Assembly: GCA_903958995.1 (NCBI GenBank)
Contig: CAJBVG010000182.1
Coordinates: 1 to 33,542 of the forward strand
Direction: 5' to 3'
Length of the DNA: 33,542 nucleotides
Origin: an uncultured bacterium
GTDB taxonomy: Bacteria; Bacteroidota; Bacteroidia; Sphingobacteriales; Sphingobacteriaceae
Below, in pieces: positions 1 to 8,870 of this stretch (position 1 is the stretch's first letter; each line of letters starts with the position of its first letter). Position numbers and translations under genes: made by a program. The notes below the pieces were generated by a model. It saw only the letters and a list, made by a program, of their open reading frames with translations. It was not told where the DNA came from and did no database searches.

Positions 1-81
1 TAAATCGCGTCGGAGCTAAAATTCAGAGTAGGAATGTGCAAAACTATCGACGCGATAAATCGCGTCGGAGCTAAAATTCAG
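1..81. repeat. REP-like palindromic elements on the left flank of the RAYT gene: one copy truncated by the window edge (1-16) and one full copy (46-71), each followed by TAAAATTCAG
   Basis: ATCGACGCGATAAATCGCGTCGGAGC at 46-71 is the exact reverse complement of the core GCTCCGACGCGATTTATCGCGTCGAT repeated at 725-840. The core is a palindrome with 9-bp arms (CGACGCGAT / ATCGCGTCG). Copies are ~55 nt apart. Confidence 0.85.
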
Positions 82-625
82 GACCTTTTTGGCTCCAGGT
101 TTTAATATTGTTTTGAATATATTTTGAAATTTTAATCTTAGAGATATTGTCTCTTACAATGATATCGTGAAAGTTTTTGCTCCAGTAGAAATACTTATTA
201 GTTTTTCTGATTTCAAATGTTGTTCTACCTTTAAACCACCTGATTACTTTTGAAAGATTATTTGTAAACATCAGATTTTTTAGGCCTGCAATACCTCCAT
301 TTTTATTGAATTCTAAAACATCCATTTTTAGATTTAAATAATTCGGTTTTTTTATTTCAATTAAACCATGTATGTGATTAGGCATTACTACAAATTCATG
401 TAGTACGATAAAAGGAAATTGAATGGGGATTAAATGCCATATTTCATTTACTTTTATCCCCGAGGTAGTCAAAATCATTTTCCCATCTTTTATTTCTCCA
501 AAATAATGCAATTTCAACTCTGTGTTTATTGTGATAAAATAAAAACCAGCGTTTGTGTAATTCCACCATTTAGCCCTCCTCAGTCTTTTACTAATTCTTA
601 ATAGATACTTACTAAAATAATCCAT
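71..625 (-). CDS. REP-associated tyrosine transposase (RAYT; IS200/IS605-like Y1 transposase family)
   Basis: 184-aa ORF with HUH motif (MPNHIHGLIE) and a C-terminal catalytic-Tyr context (SKYIQNNIKTW). Its size is typical of Y1 transposases. It is flanked by inverted palindromic REPs. The last ~10 nt of the CDS (TAAAATTCAG on the + strand) are part of the repeated unit. Confidence 0.85.
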   Translation of the reverse strand: MDYFSKYLLRISKRLRRAKWWNYTNAGFYFITINTELKLHYFGEIKDGKMILTTSGIKVNEIWHLIPIQFPFIVLHEFVVMPNHIHGLIEIKKPNYLNLKMDVLEFNKNGGIAGLKNLMFTNNLSKVIRWFKGRTTFEIRKTNKYFYWSKNFHDIIVRDNISKIKISKYIQNNIKTWSQKGPEF

Positions 626-724
626 CTCTCACCAATCCTCCCTTTAAAAAACAATTGTAATGTTCTTTTTAAGAATATCAAAGTCGAAATGCTAGTACTT
701 AACAAAATAATTCACTTATCAACT

Positions 725-840
725 GCTCCGACGCGATTTATCGCGTCGATAGTAAGGTCTGCATTGTGCTCCGACGCGATTTATCGCGTCGATAGTAAGG
801 TCTGCATTGTGCTCCGACGCGATTTATCGCGTCGATAGTA
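725..840. repeat. Tandem REP array, 43-nt unit x 2.7 (units start at 725, 768, 811)
   Basis: The unit GCTCCGACGCGATTTATCGCgtcgatagtaaggtctgcattgt repeats identically. Each unit carries the 9-bp-arm palindrome and is inverted relative to the copies at 1-71. Confidence 0.95.
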
Positions 841-946
841 ACCATGGCTGAAACAAATTGGATTTTCTTTGGAGGGGGGATTTTCAACGATCTCCTAACC
901 ATTCAGCTCAGATTAAGCAAGCATCTACGAACAGGCTTATTTTCTT

Positions 947-976
947 GTCGAAGCGAGGACGCTTCGACGAACGGTT
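947..976. repeat. GC-rich REP-like hairpin, family B (GTCGAAGCG-AGGA-CGCTTCGAC + GAACGGTT tail)
   Basis: Perfect 9-bp stem with a 4-nt loop, 5 nt 3' of the ftsB-like stop codon. Related copies lie at 28152-28276. Confidence 0.8.
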
Positions 977-981
977 ACCAG

Positions 982-1269
982 TTACCTCACAATCACATAA
1001 ACATCCTCATTGTCCTTCTTCATGAGGTATTTCTCGCGGGCAAATTTTTCGAGGAGAAGTTGGTTGGTATTTAGTTCGATTATATCCTTGTTTAGTTTCT
1101 GGATATCTACAATGTAGTATTCTCTATTTTGACGAAGAGAATTGAGTTTAGATATGTGCTGGTATTGTGTGAAGATATCGTTTCTATCAAATAGCAACAT
1201 CCATACTAGAAAAGCTAGTAAGCTCATGTAATATTTGTTTTTAAAAAATCGAAGAATTCGTTGCCACAT
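982..1269 (-). CDS. ftsB: FtsB/DivIC-type septum formation initiator
   Basis: Short N-terminus, one TM helix (SLLAFLVWMLLF), a coiled-coil segment and a conserved tail EKFAREKYLMKKDNEDVYVI. Start placed at the first ATG (MWQRIL); the tracked ORF start at 1293 is TTG and runs into a terminator hairpin. Confidence 0.75.
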   Translation of the reverse strand: MWQRILRFFKNKYYMSLLAFLVWMLLFDRNDIFTQYQHISKLNSLRQNREYYIVDIQKLNKDIIELNTNQLLLEKFAREKYLMKKDNEDVYVIVR

Positions 1270-1282
1270 CTTTCTTAAAATT

Positions 1283-1314
1283 AAAAAAGGCAAATGACCG
1301 CTTGATCATCTGCC
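1283..1314 (-). terminator. Intrinsic terminator-like hairpin plus U-tract
   Basis: On the minus strand: GGCAGATGA-ucaagcgg-TCATTTGCC followed by TTTTTT (9-bp stem with one G-U). It lies 168 nt downstream of the 1482 stop and only 13 nt upstream of the ftsB-like ATG. Confidence 0.55.
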
Positions 1315-1481
1315 TTAATTTTTAACCACAAGCGGGTTTCATGTTTTATGTTTCTAATACAAAGAAATATAATATTGAGGATATTCAATTTTATAATTTT
1401 CCACATATTAACATCAAATGTACTGAAAATTAAACTACTAATGCAAATATTTTTAATTGCTTGAATTTTACAACACGAAAA

Positions 1482-3566
1482 TTAATATGATCCATGGTAC
1501 TTTCTAAGCAGCCATTCTATTGATAAAAATGAAATGAATAAAAAGAAAATCCACTTCAAACTAATCAATTCATCTGTTTTATTTTCTTCGTAAGAAACCG
1601 TTTTGTAATCATTATTTTTTAATAATTCATCTGCCAATAAATCTAAGTCTCTTGGCTTGAAAGCCTTTGCTCCACTCAGTTTCGATAACATGCGTAATGC
1701 ATTAAAATCAGCAGTAGTATTCATCTCCTCCAGATTATTTTTCACGATGCTAAACTTCCCTTTAACCTCATACTTCTTGTTTCCTAAACTTGTTTCTGCA
1801 CTATAATTATACTCTCCTGATTCAATCGTTTCAACTTCTAGTTCGTAAGATTTTTCTGTTCGAGAAAAGACAAAATCGAATGATTTATTTTGCTCATCCT
1901 TTAGTGTTAATTTCACTTCCGGAGTGTTGATAAGTTCGTAACTGTCGTTGTATAATTCCGAAACAAAGTGAATTTTATCACCATGTTCGAAGGTAAACGA
2001 TGGCAAACTCACTCTGAATTTTCGCTTATCATCTTTCGTTGATAAGTACTGTACAATCTTCGATAGCAGTTCATCAAATAAAATGGCATTCCCTTTTATC
2101 CTCATGTTTTCCATTCTCCATTTCCATAATCCTTCTGCTGGCATCACTGCATACTTTCTGCTGCCACTAATTCCAAAACTCAATAAAGATTGATCTGTAG
2201 TTACCGCTCCTATTTTCTGAACAAATAAATTCTGTAATACATTCGATGGTTTATAGGTTCCGAAACATGCACTCAATGGAGGTAATTCATTAATAAAACT
2301 CCCCCATTCATTCGACAATACGAATCCTGTGAAATCTTCTTTTAATACCGGAAGCACTTCATTAGAGGATGCTCTTGAATTTGCGATTTTCAATCCATAG
2401 TCATATCGATTAAACAAATCGATATACGATTGATTGCCCAAAATTACCCATGATGGAATATTTTGTTTTTCGATATATGAAAACAGATTATTCATATTGG
2501 TAAATGAACTCGGCAATTGATGCAAAATCAATAACTGATATTTCGGCAATTGGTCATATTGCAGTTCATCTGCTAGAATCAAATCAACCTGATAATTTTC
2601 GTTATGTTCAATAGATGACTTTATTGCCGCTAAATCGGGATGCGGTGCCGCAGCTATCAATGCAATCTGCTGCTTATTCTCTAGCACTTCAATATAAAAA
2701 TCGAAAGTGTTGTTCTTAACATTTGTTTCTCCTGTTAGTACTTCCGCTTTCACCCTATATTTCTGTATCCCGGGTTCATTAGCATTCAACACTGCAGAAA
2801 ATCTTAAATCTTGCTCATTCGCATTTATTTTCTGATTGTTAGTCCAGATGGTTTTGTTTTTATGCTCGATACGAAGCTTCGCAATTTTACCTTTCAAATC
2901 GAATGCATTTAAACGCATCTCCACCATGAAATCGTTTTTCATATACACAATGTCATTATGAATAACATTTACGATCCTGAGGTCTCTTGTGGGTGTAGAG
3001 TCGCCCATTAGTACCGTATATATGGGGCTTTGGATTTGCTTTATGAATGAAGCTGGTTCCGGACCAGTATTATGTAACCCATCACTCGCAATAATTATTG
3101 CTGCTAAATTTCTATTGCGATACGCATTAATCGATTCTTGCAATACCAGAGATAGATTGGATTTGCGATCGGAGAAATCAATTTCTTTGTTTTCATTTAA
3201 TGATGCGCCGAAACTTATATCCCTAACTTCAAATTTCGAAGATAATTTATCGATAAACTTTTGACGAGCAGTTTTATAATCGTTTTGGTAAAATGATTTT
3301 TGATTATTGAGAAGAATGGATTGAGAATTGTCTTGTGCGAAAAGAATAATTGGCTTTTCGAGGGTATGTTGTTTCCGAGTAATTAAAGGTGAAAACAAAA
3401 ACATAGCTAATAAAAAAACTGTTAAGCCTCTCAGTATTGCTAATGTTGTTCGTGTTTTTTTAGTGAACTTGGTTTCTGAACGGTATAGAAAATACGAATA
3501 TCCTACAGATAGCAATATACATGCTAAGATCCATAGAAGAGAGTATTCTTGAAACTGAAAGCTCAT
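1482..3566 (-). CDS. Large membrane protein with an N-terminal double-TM segment and a C-terminal TM anchor (BatA/aerotolerance-operon-like architecture); function unknown
   Basis: 694-aa uninterrupted ORF. N-terminus SLLWILACILLSVGYSYFLY...LRGLTVFLLAMFLFSPLI; C-terminus LKWIFFLFISFLSIEWLLRK. It starts 3 nt after the upstream stop. Confidence 0.7.
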   Translation of the reverse strand: MSFQFQEYSLLWILACILLSVGYSYFLYRSETKFTKKTRTTLAILRGLTVFLLAMFLFSPLITRKQHTLEKPIILFAQDNSQSILLNNQKSFYQNDYKTARQKFIDKLSSKFEVRDISFGASLNENKEIDFSDRKSNLSLVLQESINAYRNRNLAAIIIASDGLHNTGPEPASFIKQIQSPIYTVLMGDSTPTRDLRIVNVIHNDIVYMKNDFMVEMRLNAFDLKGKIAKLRIEHKNKTIWTNNQKINANEQDLRFSAVLNANEPGIQKYRVKAEVLTGETNVKNNTFDFYIEVLENKQQIALIAAAPHPDLAAIKSSIEHNENYQVDLILADELQYDQLPKYQLLILHQLPSSFTNMNNLFSYIEKQNIPSWVILGNQSYIDLFNRYDYGLKIANSRASSNEVLPVLKEDFTGFVLSNEWGSFINELPPLSACFGTYKPSNVLQNLFVQKIGAVTTDQSLLSFGISGSRKYAVMPAEGLWKWRMENMRIKGNAILFDELLSKIVQYLSTKDDKRKFRVSLPSFTFEHGDKIHFVSELYNDSYELINTPEVKLTLKDEQNKSFDFVFSRTEKSYELEVETIESGEYNYSAETSLGNKKYEVKGKFSIVKNNLEEMNTTADFNALRMLSKLSGAKAFKPRDLDLLADELLKNNDYKTVSYEENKTDELISLKWIFFLFISFLSIEWLLRKYHGSY

Positions 3567-3569
3567 TGA

Positions 3570-4292
3570 TTATTCGATTTCAAACGATGCATTAACCACT
3601 GCAGTCACTTCTTTCTGAATTGAAGACACATCATTCATTCCATAATCACTCACCATGTTTGAATTTATAGGAGTAATTTGCAAAACACCCATGCGCGCAT
3701 TTCGCATTGGCCCTAAAGTAGAGTTTGTTGCTATTGCTATTTTCTGCGCTCTATTCATCGCATCTTTAGCAGCTTCCGATTGAATTTCGATTTTTATTTC
3801 TGCAAGTTGTGTATAATAGAACTCTGGGTTGAATACCTGGAACTCTAATCCTTTCGCATATAAACTAGAAATGTCTAATGAAATCTCTTTAATCAAATCC
3901 ACATTATCCGATTCTATTTTAAAATTTTGCGTAGCATTATATCCAATAATACCACCTTGATTTCCATTGATGAATTGATATTGTGGGTAAATATTGATGG
4001 TTTCAAATGCAACCTCTTTGCCTTCAAATCCTTTTGTTTTCAGGTATTCTAGCAAGCCTGGTTTTTGTGAGTCGATTTTTCCAGCCGTTGCTTTCTGAGA
4101 AATTTCTGTTGCACTTAAAGCACCTCTCAAAATTCCCAAATCTGCTTTAATTTCTTTTTTTGCAGAGCCCGTTACGGTAATGGTTTGGTTTTCTCTTTTA
4201 ATCGATTTCCAATTCATTGAAAAAACGAATACCGAAACTAATAACGATAATCCTATAATACCCGAAGGAATGATAAAGCGATTGTTTTGCAT
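3570..4292 (-). CDS. SIMPL-domain (DUF541) periplasmic/membrane protein
   Basis: 240 aa with an N-terminal TM/signal anchor, then ITVTGSAKKEIKADLGILRGALSA, typical of the SIMPL family. Confidence 0.75.
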   Translation of the reverse strand: MQNNRFIIPSGIIGLSLLVSVFVFSMNWKSIKRENQTITVTGSAKKEIKADLGILRGALSATEISQKATAGKIDSQKPGLLEYLKTKGFEGKEVAFETINIYPQYQFINGNQGGIIGYNATQNFKIESDNVDLIKEISLDISSLYAKGLEFQVFNPEFYYTQLAEIKIEIQSEAAKDAMNRAQKIAIATNSTLGPMRNARMGVLQITPINSNMVSDYGMNDVSSIQKEVTAVVNASFEIE

Positions 4293-4304
4293 ATTTCTTT
4301 ACGA

Positions 4305-5051
4305 TTAGGTTAACATTCCACCACAAACAGAAATTACTTGTCCGTTTACATAAGCTCCCATATCGGATGCTAAGAACAAAGCAACATTGGCTACATCTTC
4401 TGTTTCACCCATGCGTTGCAATGGTATCATTTTACTCCAACCTGCTACAACATCTTGCGGCAAGGCGTCTGTCATTTCTGTACGGATAAATCCTGGTGCA
4501 ATAGCATTGCTTCTAATGTTTCTAGATCCTAATTCTTTTGCAATTGATTTGGTAAACCCAAGTATACCTGCTTTCGAAGCTGCATAATTTGCTTGCCCTG
4601 CATTGCCTTGTAAACCTACAATTGAACTCATATTGATGAACACACCTGAACGTTGTTTCATCATTGGTTTCGATGCGGCTTTTGTTACGTTGAAAATTGA
4701 TTTCAAGTTGGTATTGATTACATCATCCCATTGCTCTTCACTCATTCTCATCAACAAACCATCTTTCGTAATTCCTGCATTATTCACAACAATATCAATT
4801 GTACCAAAGTCGGCAACGATTGAATTGATTAACTCTTCTGCTGCAGCAAAATTCGATGCATCCGAACGATAGCCTTTTACTTTAGTTCCTGCTGCCGATA
4901 ATTCTTGCTCTAACGCAACACCTTTCTCTACTGATGATAAGTAGGTGAATGCAATATTAGCTCCATGTGCAGCAAATACTTCTGCAATCTTTTTACCTAT
5001 ACCTTTTGATGCTCCTGTAATGAGCGCTGTTTTTCCTTGTAGTAATTTCAT
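4305..5051 (-). CDS. fabG: 3-oxoacyl-[ACP] reductase (SDR family)
   Basis: TGASKGIGK cofactor motif, NNAG, and catalytic YAASK. Start set at MKLLQGK (ATG 5051); the upstream ORF extension reads through a repeat array. Confidence 0.93.
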   Translation of the reverse strand: MKLLQGKTALITGASKGIGKKIAEVFAAHGANIAFTYLSSVEKGVALEQELSAAGTKVKGYRSDASNFAAAEELINSIVADFGTIDIVVNNAGITKDGLLMRMSEEQWDDVINTNLKSIFNVTKAASKPMMKQRSGVFINMSSIVGLQGNAGQANYAASKAGILGFTKSIAKELGSRNIRSNAIAPGFIRTEMTDALPQDVVAGWSKMIPLQRMGETEDVANVALFLASDMGAYVNGQVISVCGGMLT

Positions 5052-5084
5052 GATGGCGTTGTTTATTATACGAAAATACACTTT

Positions 5085-5148
5085 TTTGCGAATTAGCGAA
5101 CTAGCGAAATGACGAATTTGCAAATTAGCGAACTAGCGAAACGTCGAA
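5085..5148. repeat. 8-nt periodic array, NNNGCGAA x 8
   Basis: tttgcgaa|ttagcgaa|ctagcgaa|atgacgaa|tttgcaaa|ttagcgaa|ctagcgaa|acgtcgaa. It contains a 19-nt direct repeat (5091-5109 = 5123-5141). The same word family recurs at 14729-14795. Confidence 0.9.
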
Positions 5149-5154
5149 GGGTAA

Positions 5155-5184
5155 AATAAAAAAAGCCCCGAGTTTCCTCGAGGC
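5155..5184 (-). terminator. Rho-independent terminator of sucD
   Basis: On the minus strand: GCCTCGAG-gaaa-CTCGGGGC (8 bp with one G-U) followed by a run of about 10 U. Confidence 0.8.
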
Positions 5185-5197
5185 CGTATAATTTCAC

Positions 5198-5299
5198 ATT
5201 AACGTATTAATATTAACATATTAACCCATTAACATATTAACACATTAACATATTAACACATTAACATATTAACACATTAACATATTAACACATTAAATC
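5198..5299. repeat. 8-nt tandem array ATTAACAY (about 13 units; 16-nt higher-order alternation ATTAACAT/ATTAACAC)
   Basis: Units read directly from 5198. The final unit, attaaatc, contains the sucD stop codon (5293-5295). Confidence 0.95.
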
Positions 5300-6177
5300 A
5301 GTCCCGCTTTTTTCAATTCTGCTTGCATAGCTACTCCAATCTGAGCTGGAGATTCTACTACGTGGATTCCGCATTCTGCCATAATTTTCATTTTAGCAGC
5401 AGCTGTATCATCAGCACCACCAACAATCGCACCTGCATGGCCCATTCTTCTTCCTGCCGGAGCAGTTTGACCAGCGATGAAACCAACTACTGGTTTAGTA
5501 CCATGGTCTCTAATCCATAGTGCTGCTTCTGCTTCCATACCACCACCAATTTCACCAATCATAATGATACCATCCGTTTCTGGATCGTTCATTAATAATT
5601 CAACAGCTTCTTTAGTTGTTGTTCCAATGATTGGGTCACCACCAATACCAATTGCAGTTGATTGACCTAATCCTAAACGTGAGATTTGATCTACCGCTTC
5701 GTAAGTTAAGGTTCCCGATTTAGAAACGATACCCACTCTTCCTGGTTTGAAAATGAAACCTGGCATGATACCAACTTTCGCTTCACCTGCCGTCATTACC
5801 CCTGGGCAATTCGGACCAATTAAACGACAATCTTTATCACTGATATATTCTTTCACAGCAATCATATCTTTTGTAGGGATACCTTCTGTAATGCAAATAA
5901 TAACTTTAATACCTGCTTCAGCAGCTTCCATAATGGCATCTGCAGCAAATGCAGGAGGTACAAAAATAATAGATACGTTAGCCGCAGTTTTTGCTACTGC
6001 ATCAGCAACCGTATTAAATACCGGACGATCTAAATGAACCGTTCCACCTTTACCTGGAGTTACACCACCTACTACATTCGTTCCATACTCAATCATCTGA
6101 CCAGCATGAAAAGAACCTTCACTACCTGTAAATCCTTGTACAATTACTTTTGAATCTTTATTTACTAATACGCTCAT
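5293..6177 (-). CDS. sucD: Succinyl-CoA synthetase alpha subunit
   Basis: [24 protein letters not shown]...GGVTPGKGG...GHAGAI is canonical SucD. Start set at ATG 6177; the ORF extension to 6294 reads through a repeat array. Confidence 0.95.
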   Translation of the reverse strand: MSVLVNKDSKVIVQGFTGSEGSFHAGQMIEYGTNVVGGVTPGKGGTVHLDRPVFNTVADAVAKTAANVSIIFVPPAFAADAIMEAAEAGIKVIICITEGIPTKDMIAVKEYISDKDCRLIGPNCPGVMTAGEAKVGIMPGFIFKPGRVGIVSKSGTLTYEAVDQISRLGLGQSTAIGIGGDPIIGTTTKEAVELLMNDPETDGIIMIGEIGGGMEAEAALWIRDHGTKPVVGFIAGQTAPAGRRMGHAGAIVGGADDTAAAKMKIMAECGIHVVESPAQIGVAMQAELKKAGLI

Positions 6178-6226
6178 TTTTATAATATTTTGATGTTGCG
6201 AAATTACGCTATTTGTTCGGAAAAAC

Positions 6227-6314
6227 AAATGCGTAAATGTGCAGATGCGAAAATGCGTAGATTCATTAATTTGCACATTTACGCATTTGCACATTTACGC
6301 ATCTGCACATTTTC
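6227..6314. repeat. Inverted pair of 8-nt tandem arrays (AAATGYGY x 4, spacer, then the reverse-complement word RCRCATTT x 4-5)
   Basis: aaatgcgt|aaatgtgc|agatgcga|aaatgcgt|agattcat|taatttgc|acatttac|gcatttgc|acatttac|gcatctgc|acattttc, in a single 8-nt phase throughout. It occupies the divergent sucD/truA spacer. Confidence 0.9.
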
Positions 6315-6315
6315 A

Positions 6316-6323
6316 TATCTTTG
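6316..6323 (+). promoter_or_regulatory. Candidate Bacteroidota -7 promoter box (TAnnTTTG) for truA
   Basis: TATCTTTG ends 4 nt before the truA ATG (6328), which implies a leaderless or near-leaderless transcript. Confidence 0.4.
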
Positions 6324-6327
6324 TAAA

Positions 6328-7068
6328 ATGCGTTACTTCCTACAACTCTCTTACAATGGCACAAACTACCATGGTTGGCAATTACAGCCCAACGCGGTTA
6401 CGGTGCAAGAGGTTTTAGATAAGGCACTTAGCTTGTTGTGTGGGCATCCGGTTTTTACGCTGGGTTGCGGACGAACAGATGCAGGTGTGCATGCGAGTGA
6501 TTTTTTTGCTCATTTTGATACGGACTTCCCAATCAAAGAAGAACTCATTACTAACCTTAATGGCATTTTACCTAAAGATATCGCCGCGAAGCGTTTCATC
6601 CCTGTAGCCGATGAAGCTCATGCTCGTTTTGATGCCACCAGCAGAAGTTATGAGTACCACATGCATTTTAAGAAGAACCCGTTTAAGGACGACTTGAGTT
6701 ATTATTTCAATTATCGTAATAAACCTTCGGTGGAGTTAATGAATGAAGGGGCGAAAATCATTTTAGAATATGATGACTTTGCTTGTTTCAGCAAAGCCAA
6801 TGCCGACCATTTTACTACTCTATGTACCATTACCGAAGCCTATTGGGAAGTAAACGCCGATGAAAGTATCACCTTCCATATTTCTGCCAATCGTTTTTTA
6901 CGCAATATGGTTCGTGCAATTGTAGGTACTTTATTGGATTATGGGATTGGTAAAATCAATGCCGACGATCTTCGCCAGATTATTTTAAATAAAAATCGCA
7001 GTCTTGCCGGAACAAGTGTACCCGGAAATGGGTTATACTTAACAAAGATTAGTTACCCTTACTTATAA
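6328..7068 (+). CDS. truA: tRNA pseudouridine(38-40) synthase
   Basis: MRYFLQLSYNGTNYHGWQ...GCGRTDAGVHA (catalytic Asp motif). Confidence 0.93.
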   Translation: MRYFLQLSYNGTNYHGWQLQPNAVTVQEVLDKALSLLCGHPVFTLGCGRTDAGVHASDFFAHFDTDFPIKEELITNLNGILPKDIAAKRFIPVADEAHARFDATSRSYEYHMHFKKNPFKDDLSYYFNYRNKPSVELMNEGAKIILEYDDFACFSKANADHFTTLCTITEAYWEVNADESITFHISANRFLRNMVRAIVGTLLDYGIGKINADDLRQIILNKNRSLAGTSVPGNGLYLTKISYPYL

Positions 7069-7081
7069 GACCCCGATTGGA

Positions 7082-8830
7082 ATGAGCAGTGTTAGCGGAA
7101 AAGCAATAGATACCAAAATTTTACGTCGTATTTACCAATACCTACAACCGTACAAAAAAGTTTTTTGGATGAGTGTTGGATTAACGGTACTACTTGCTAT
7201 TGTTGCTCCTATTCGTCCCTACCTTATTCAATACACCATCGATAATTTCATTTTAGCCGATAATGCCAATGGCTTATTTACTATGGTGATGATTATGTTT
7301 GGATTACTTGCTTTTCAAACCATCATTCAATATTACCATACGGTACTTACCAATTGGCTAGGGCAGTCGGCCATACTCGATTTGCGTAAGTTGGTGTTCT
7401 CGCATTTATTAAGTTTACGTTTAAAATATTTTGACAATACTCCCATCGGGACTTTAGTAACTCGTGCGGTTTCTGATTTAGAAACTATTGCTGATGTGTT
7501 TTCGGAAGGTCTAATTGTTATCATAGGCGACATCCTTCAAATAGTAGTAATTGTTGGGGTGATGATGTATATCGATTGGCGTTTAACCTTAATTAGTTTA
7601 GCGACAATTCCTTTTCTACTAATTGCTACTTATATTTTTAAAGAGCGTACTAAAAAAGCGTTTCAAGATGTGCGTATTGAAGTGGCTAAACTGAATACTT
7701 TTTTGCAAGAGCACATTAGTGGCATGCGTATCATCCAACTTTTCGTTCGCGAAAAAGCAGAGATGGAAAAATTCAAAAACATTAATCGCCGTCACCGAAT
7801 TGCACACATAAAATCGGTTTGGTATTACTCTATATTTTTCCCTGTAGTAGAATTAATGTCGGCTACGAGTATAGGTTTACTAGTATGGTACGGTTCTAAG
7901 GAAGTGCTTGATGGTAGTTTGAGTTTAGGGGTTATTGTTTCCTTTATTATGTACATCAACATGCTATTTCGCCCTATTCGCGAACTCGCAGATAAGTTCA
8001 ATACTTTACAAATGGGTATGGTAAGTTCGGAGCGAATTTTTAGTGTGTTAGATACACAAGAACAAACTCCTAATCATGGAACAATTACTGATGTTCCAGT
8101 GCAAGGTAAAATTACATTCGACAAGGTTCGCTTTGCATATACTGAAGATCATTATGTATTGAAAAATATTTCCTTCGAATTACAGGCGGGTAAAACCCTT
8201 GCTATTGTTGGGGCTACAGGGGCTGGGAAATCTTCGATCATCAATTTACTGAATCGCTTTTATGAAATTAACGAGGGTGAAATTCGTGTAGATGATGTAG
8301 ATATTAAAAAATATGAACTCTCTTTTTTGCGTTCTAAAATTGCCACCGTTTTGCAAGATGTGTTTTTATTCTCGGATACCATTGCCGAAAATATTCGTTT
8401 AAAAAACACCGATATTTCTATTGATAAAATTATTGAAGCAGCAAAAGAAGTAGGTGCACATGATTTCATTATGAACCTCCCAGGAGGCTATGATTATAAT
8501 GTGATGGAACGAGGCGCAACGCTCTCTGTAGGGCAAGCGCAATTAATTTCTTTCATCAGAGCTTTAGTATTCAACCCAAGTATTTTGGTACTCGACGAAG
8601 CCACCTCTTCAGTAGATACCGAAAGTGAATTGCTCATTCAATCGGCTATACAAAAATTAATGCAAGGACGTACTTCTATTGTTATTGCACATCGATTATC
8701 TACTATACAAAACGCAGATCAGATTATGGTGCTAGACCACGGGGAAATTGTGGAGATGGGGACGCATCAGGAGCTTCTTCATTTGAATGGTGCGTATAAG
8801 AGGCTGTATGAACTTCAATACCAGAATTAA
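7082..8830 (+). CDS. ABC exporter, fused permease/ATPase (MsbA/lipid-exporter-like)
   Basis: Six-TM N-terminal half, Walker A GATGAGKSS, signature LSVGQAQ, Walker B ILVLDEATS. Confidence 0.92.
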   Translation: MSSVSGKAIDTKILRRIYQYLQPYKKVFWMSVGLTVLLAIVAPIRPYLIQYTIDNFILADNANGLFTMVMIMFGLLAFQTIIQYYHTVLTNWLGQSAILDLRKLVFSHLLSLRLKYFDNTPIGTLVTRAVSDLETIADVFSEGLIVIIGDILQIVVIVGVMMYIDWRLTLISLATIPFLLIATYIFKERTKKAFQDVRIEVAKLNTFLQEHISGMRIIQLFVREKAEMEKFKNINRRHRIAHIKSVWYYSIFFPVVELMSATSIGLLVWYGSKEVLDGSLSLGVIVSFIMYINMLFRPIRELADKFNTLQMGMVSSERIFSVLDTQEQTPNHGTITDVPVQGKITFDKVRFAYTEDHYVLKNISFELQAGKTLAIVGATGAGKSSIINLLNRFYEINEGEIRVDDVDIKKYELSFLRSKIATVLQDVFLFSDTIAENIRLKNTDISIDKIIEAAKEVGAHDFIMNLPGGYDYNVMERGATLSVGQAQLISFIRALVFNPSILVLDEATSSVDTESELLIQSAIQKLMQGRTSIVIAHRLSTIQNADQIMVLDHGEIVEMGTHQELLHLNGAYKRLYELQYQN

Positions 8831-8865
8831 TTCTAAATTCTAAATTCTAAGTTCTAAATTCTAAG
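8831..8865. repeat. 7-nt tandem array TTCTAAR x 5
   Basis: ttctaaa|ttctaaa|ttctaag|ttctaaa|ttctaag begins on the base after the ABC-exporter stop codon. Confidence 0.95.
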
Positions 8866-8870
8866 TTGAA

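Larger units (their letters stand above)
1..840 (-). mobile_element. RAYT-REP locus (domesticated Y1 transposase bracketed by inverted REP/REPIN-like arrays); left boundary lies outside the window
   Basis: Architecture only: a single Y1 transposase gene with oppositely oriented copies of the same palindromic repeat on both sides. No IS200-type terminal structures or second ORF are present. Confidence 0.65.

Noticed and set aside
725-840. Possible CRISPR array
   Set aside because: The 43-nt units are contiguous and identical, with no unique spacers, and no cas genes are present. The repeat is the inverted partner of the copies flanking a Y1 transposase, so this is a REP array. The 7/8-nt arrays elsewhere are far too short and also have no spacers.
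844-1074. 76-aa plus-strand ORF
   Set aside because: It overlaps the well-supported ftsB-like CDS on the other strand. Its 5' part runs through REP-like and GC-hairpin sequence, and it has no recognisable motifs.
5052-5123. N-terminal extensions of the tracked ORFs for fabG (to 5123), sucD (to 6294), truA (from 6190), the PorV/PorQ-like gene (to 19995) and the T9SS protein (to 10419)
   Set aside because: The extensions translate low-complexity repeat arrays or lack signal-peptide logic. The conserved protein N-termini begin at the internal ATGs used in the feature list.
5323-6037. Antisense ORFs inside sucD, and similar ones inside eno (11628-12481), carA (13393-13665), fabG (4387-4872) and the large membrane protein (2989-3552)
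   Set aside because: They lie opposite strongly conserved housekeeping CDSs and have biased, low-complexity composition with no motifs. They are typical shadow ORFs.
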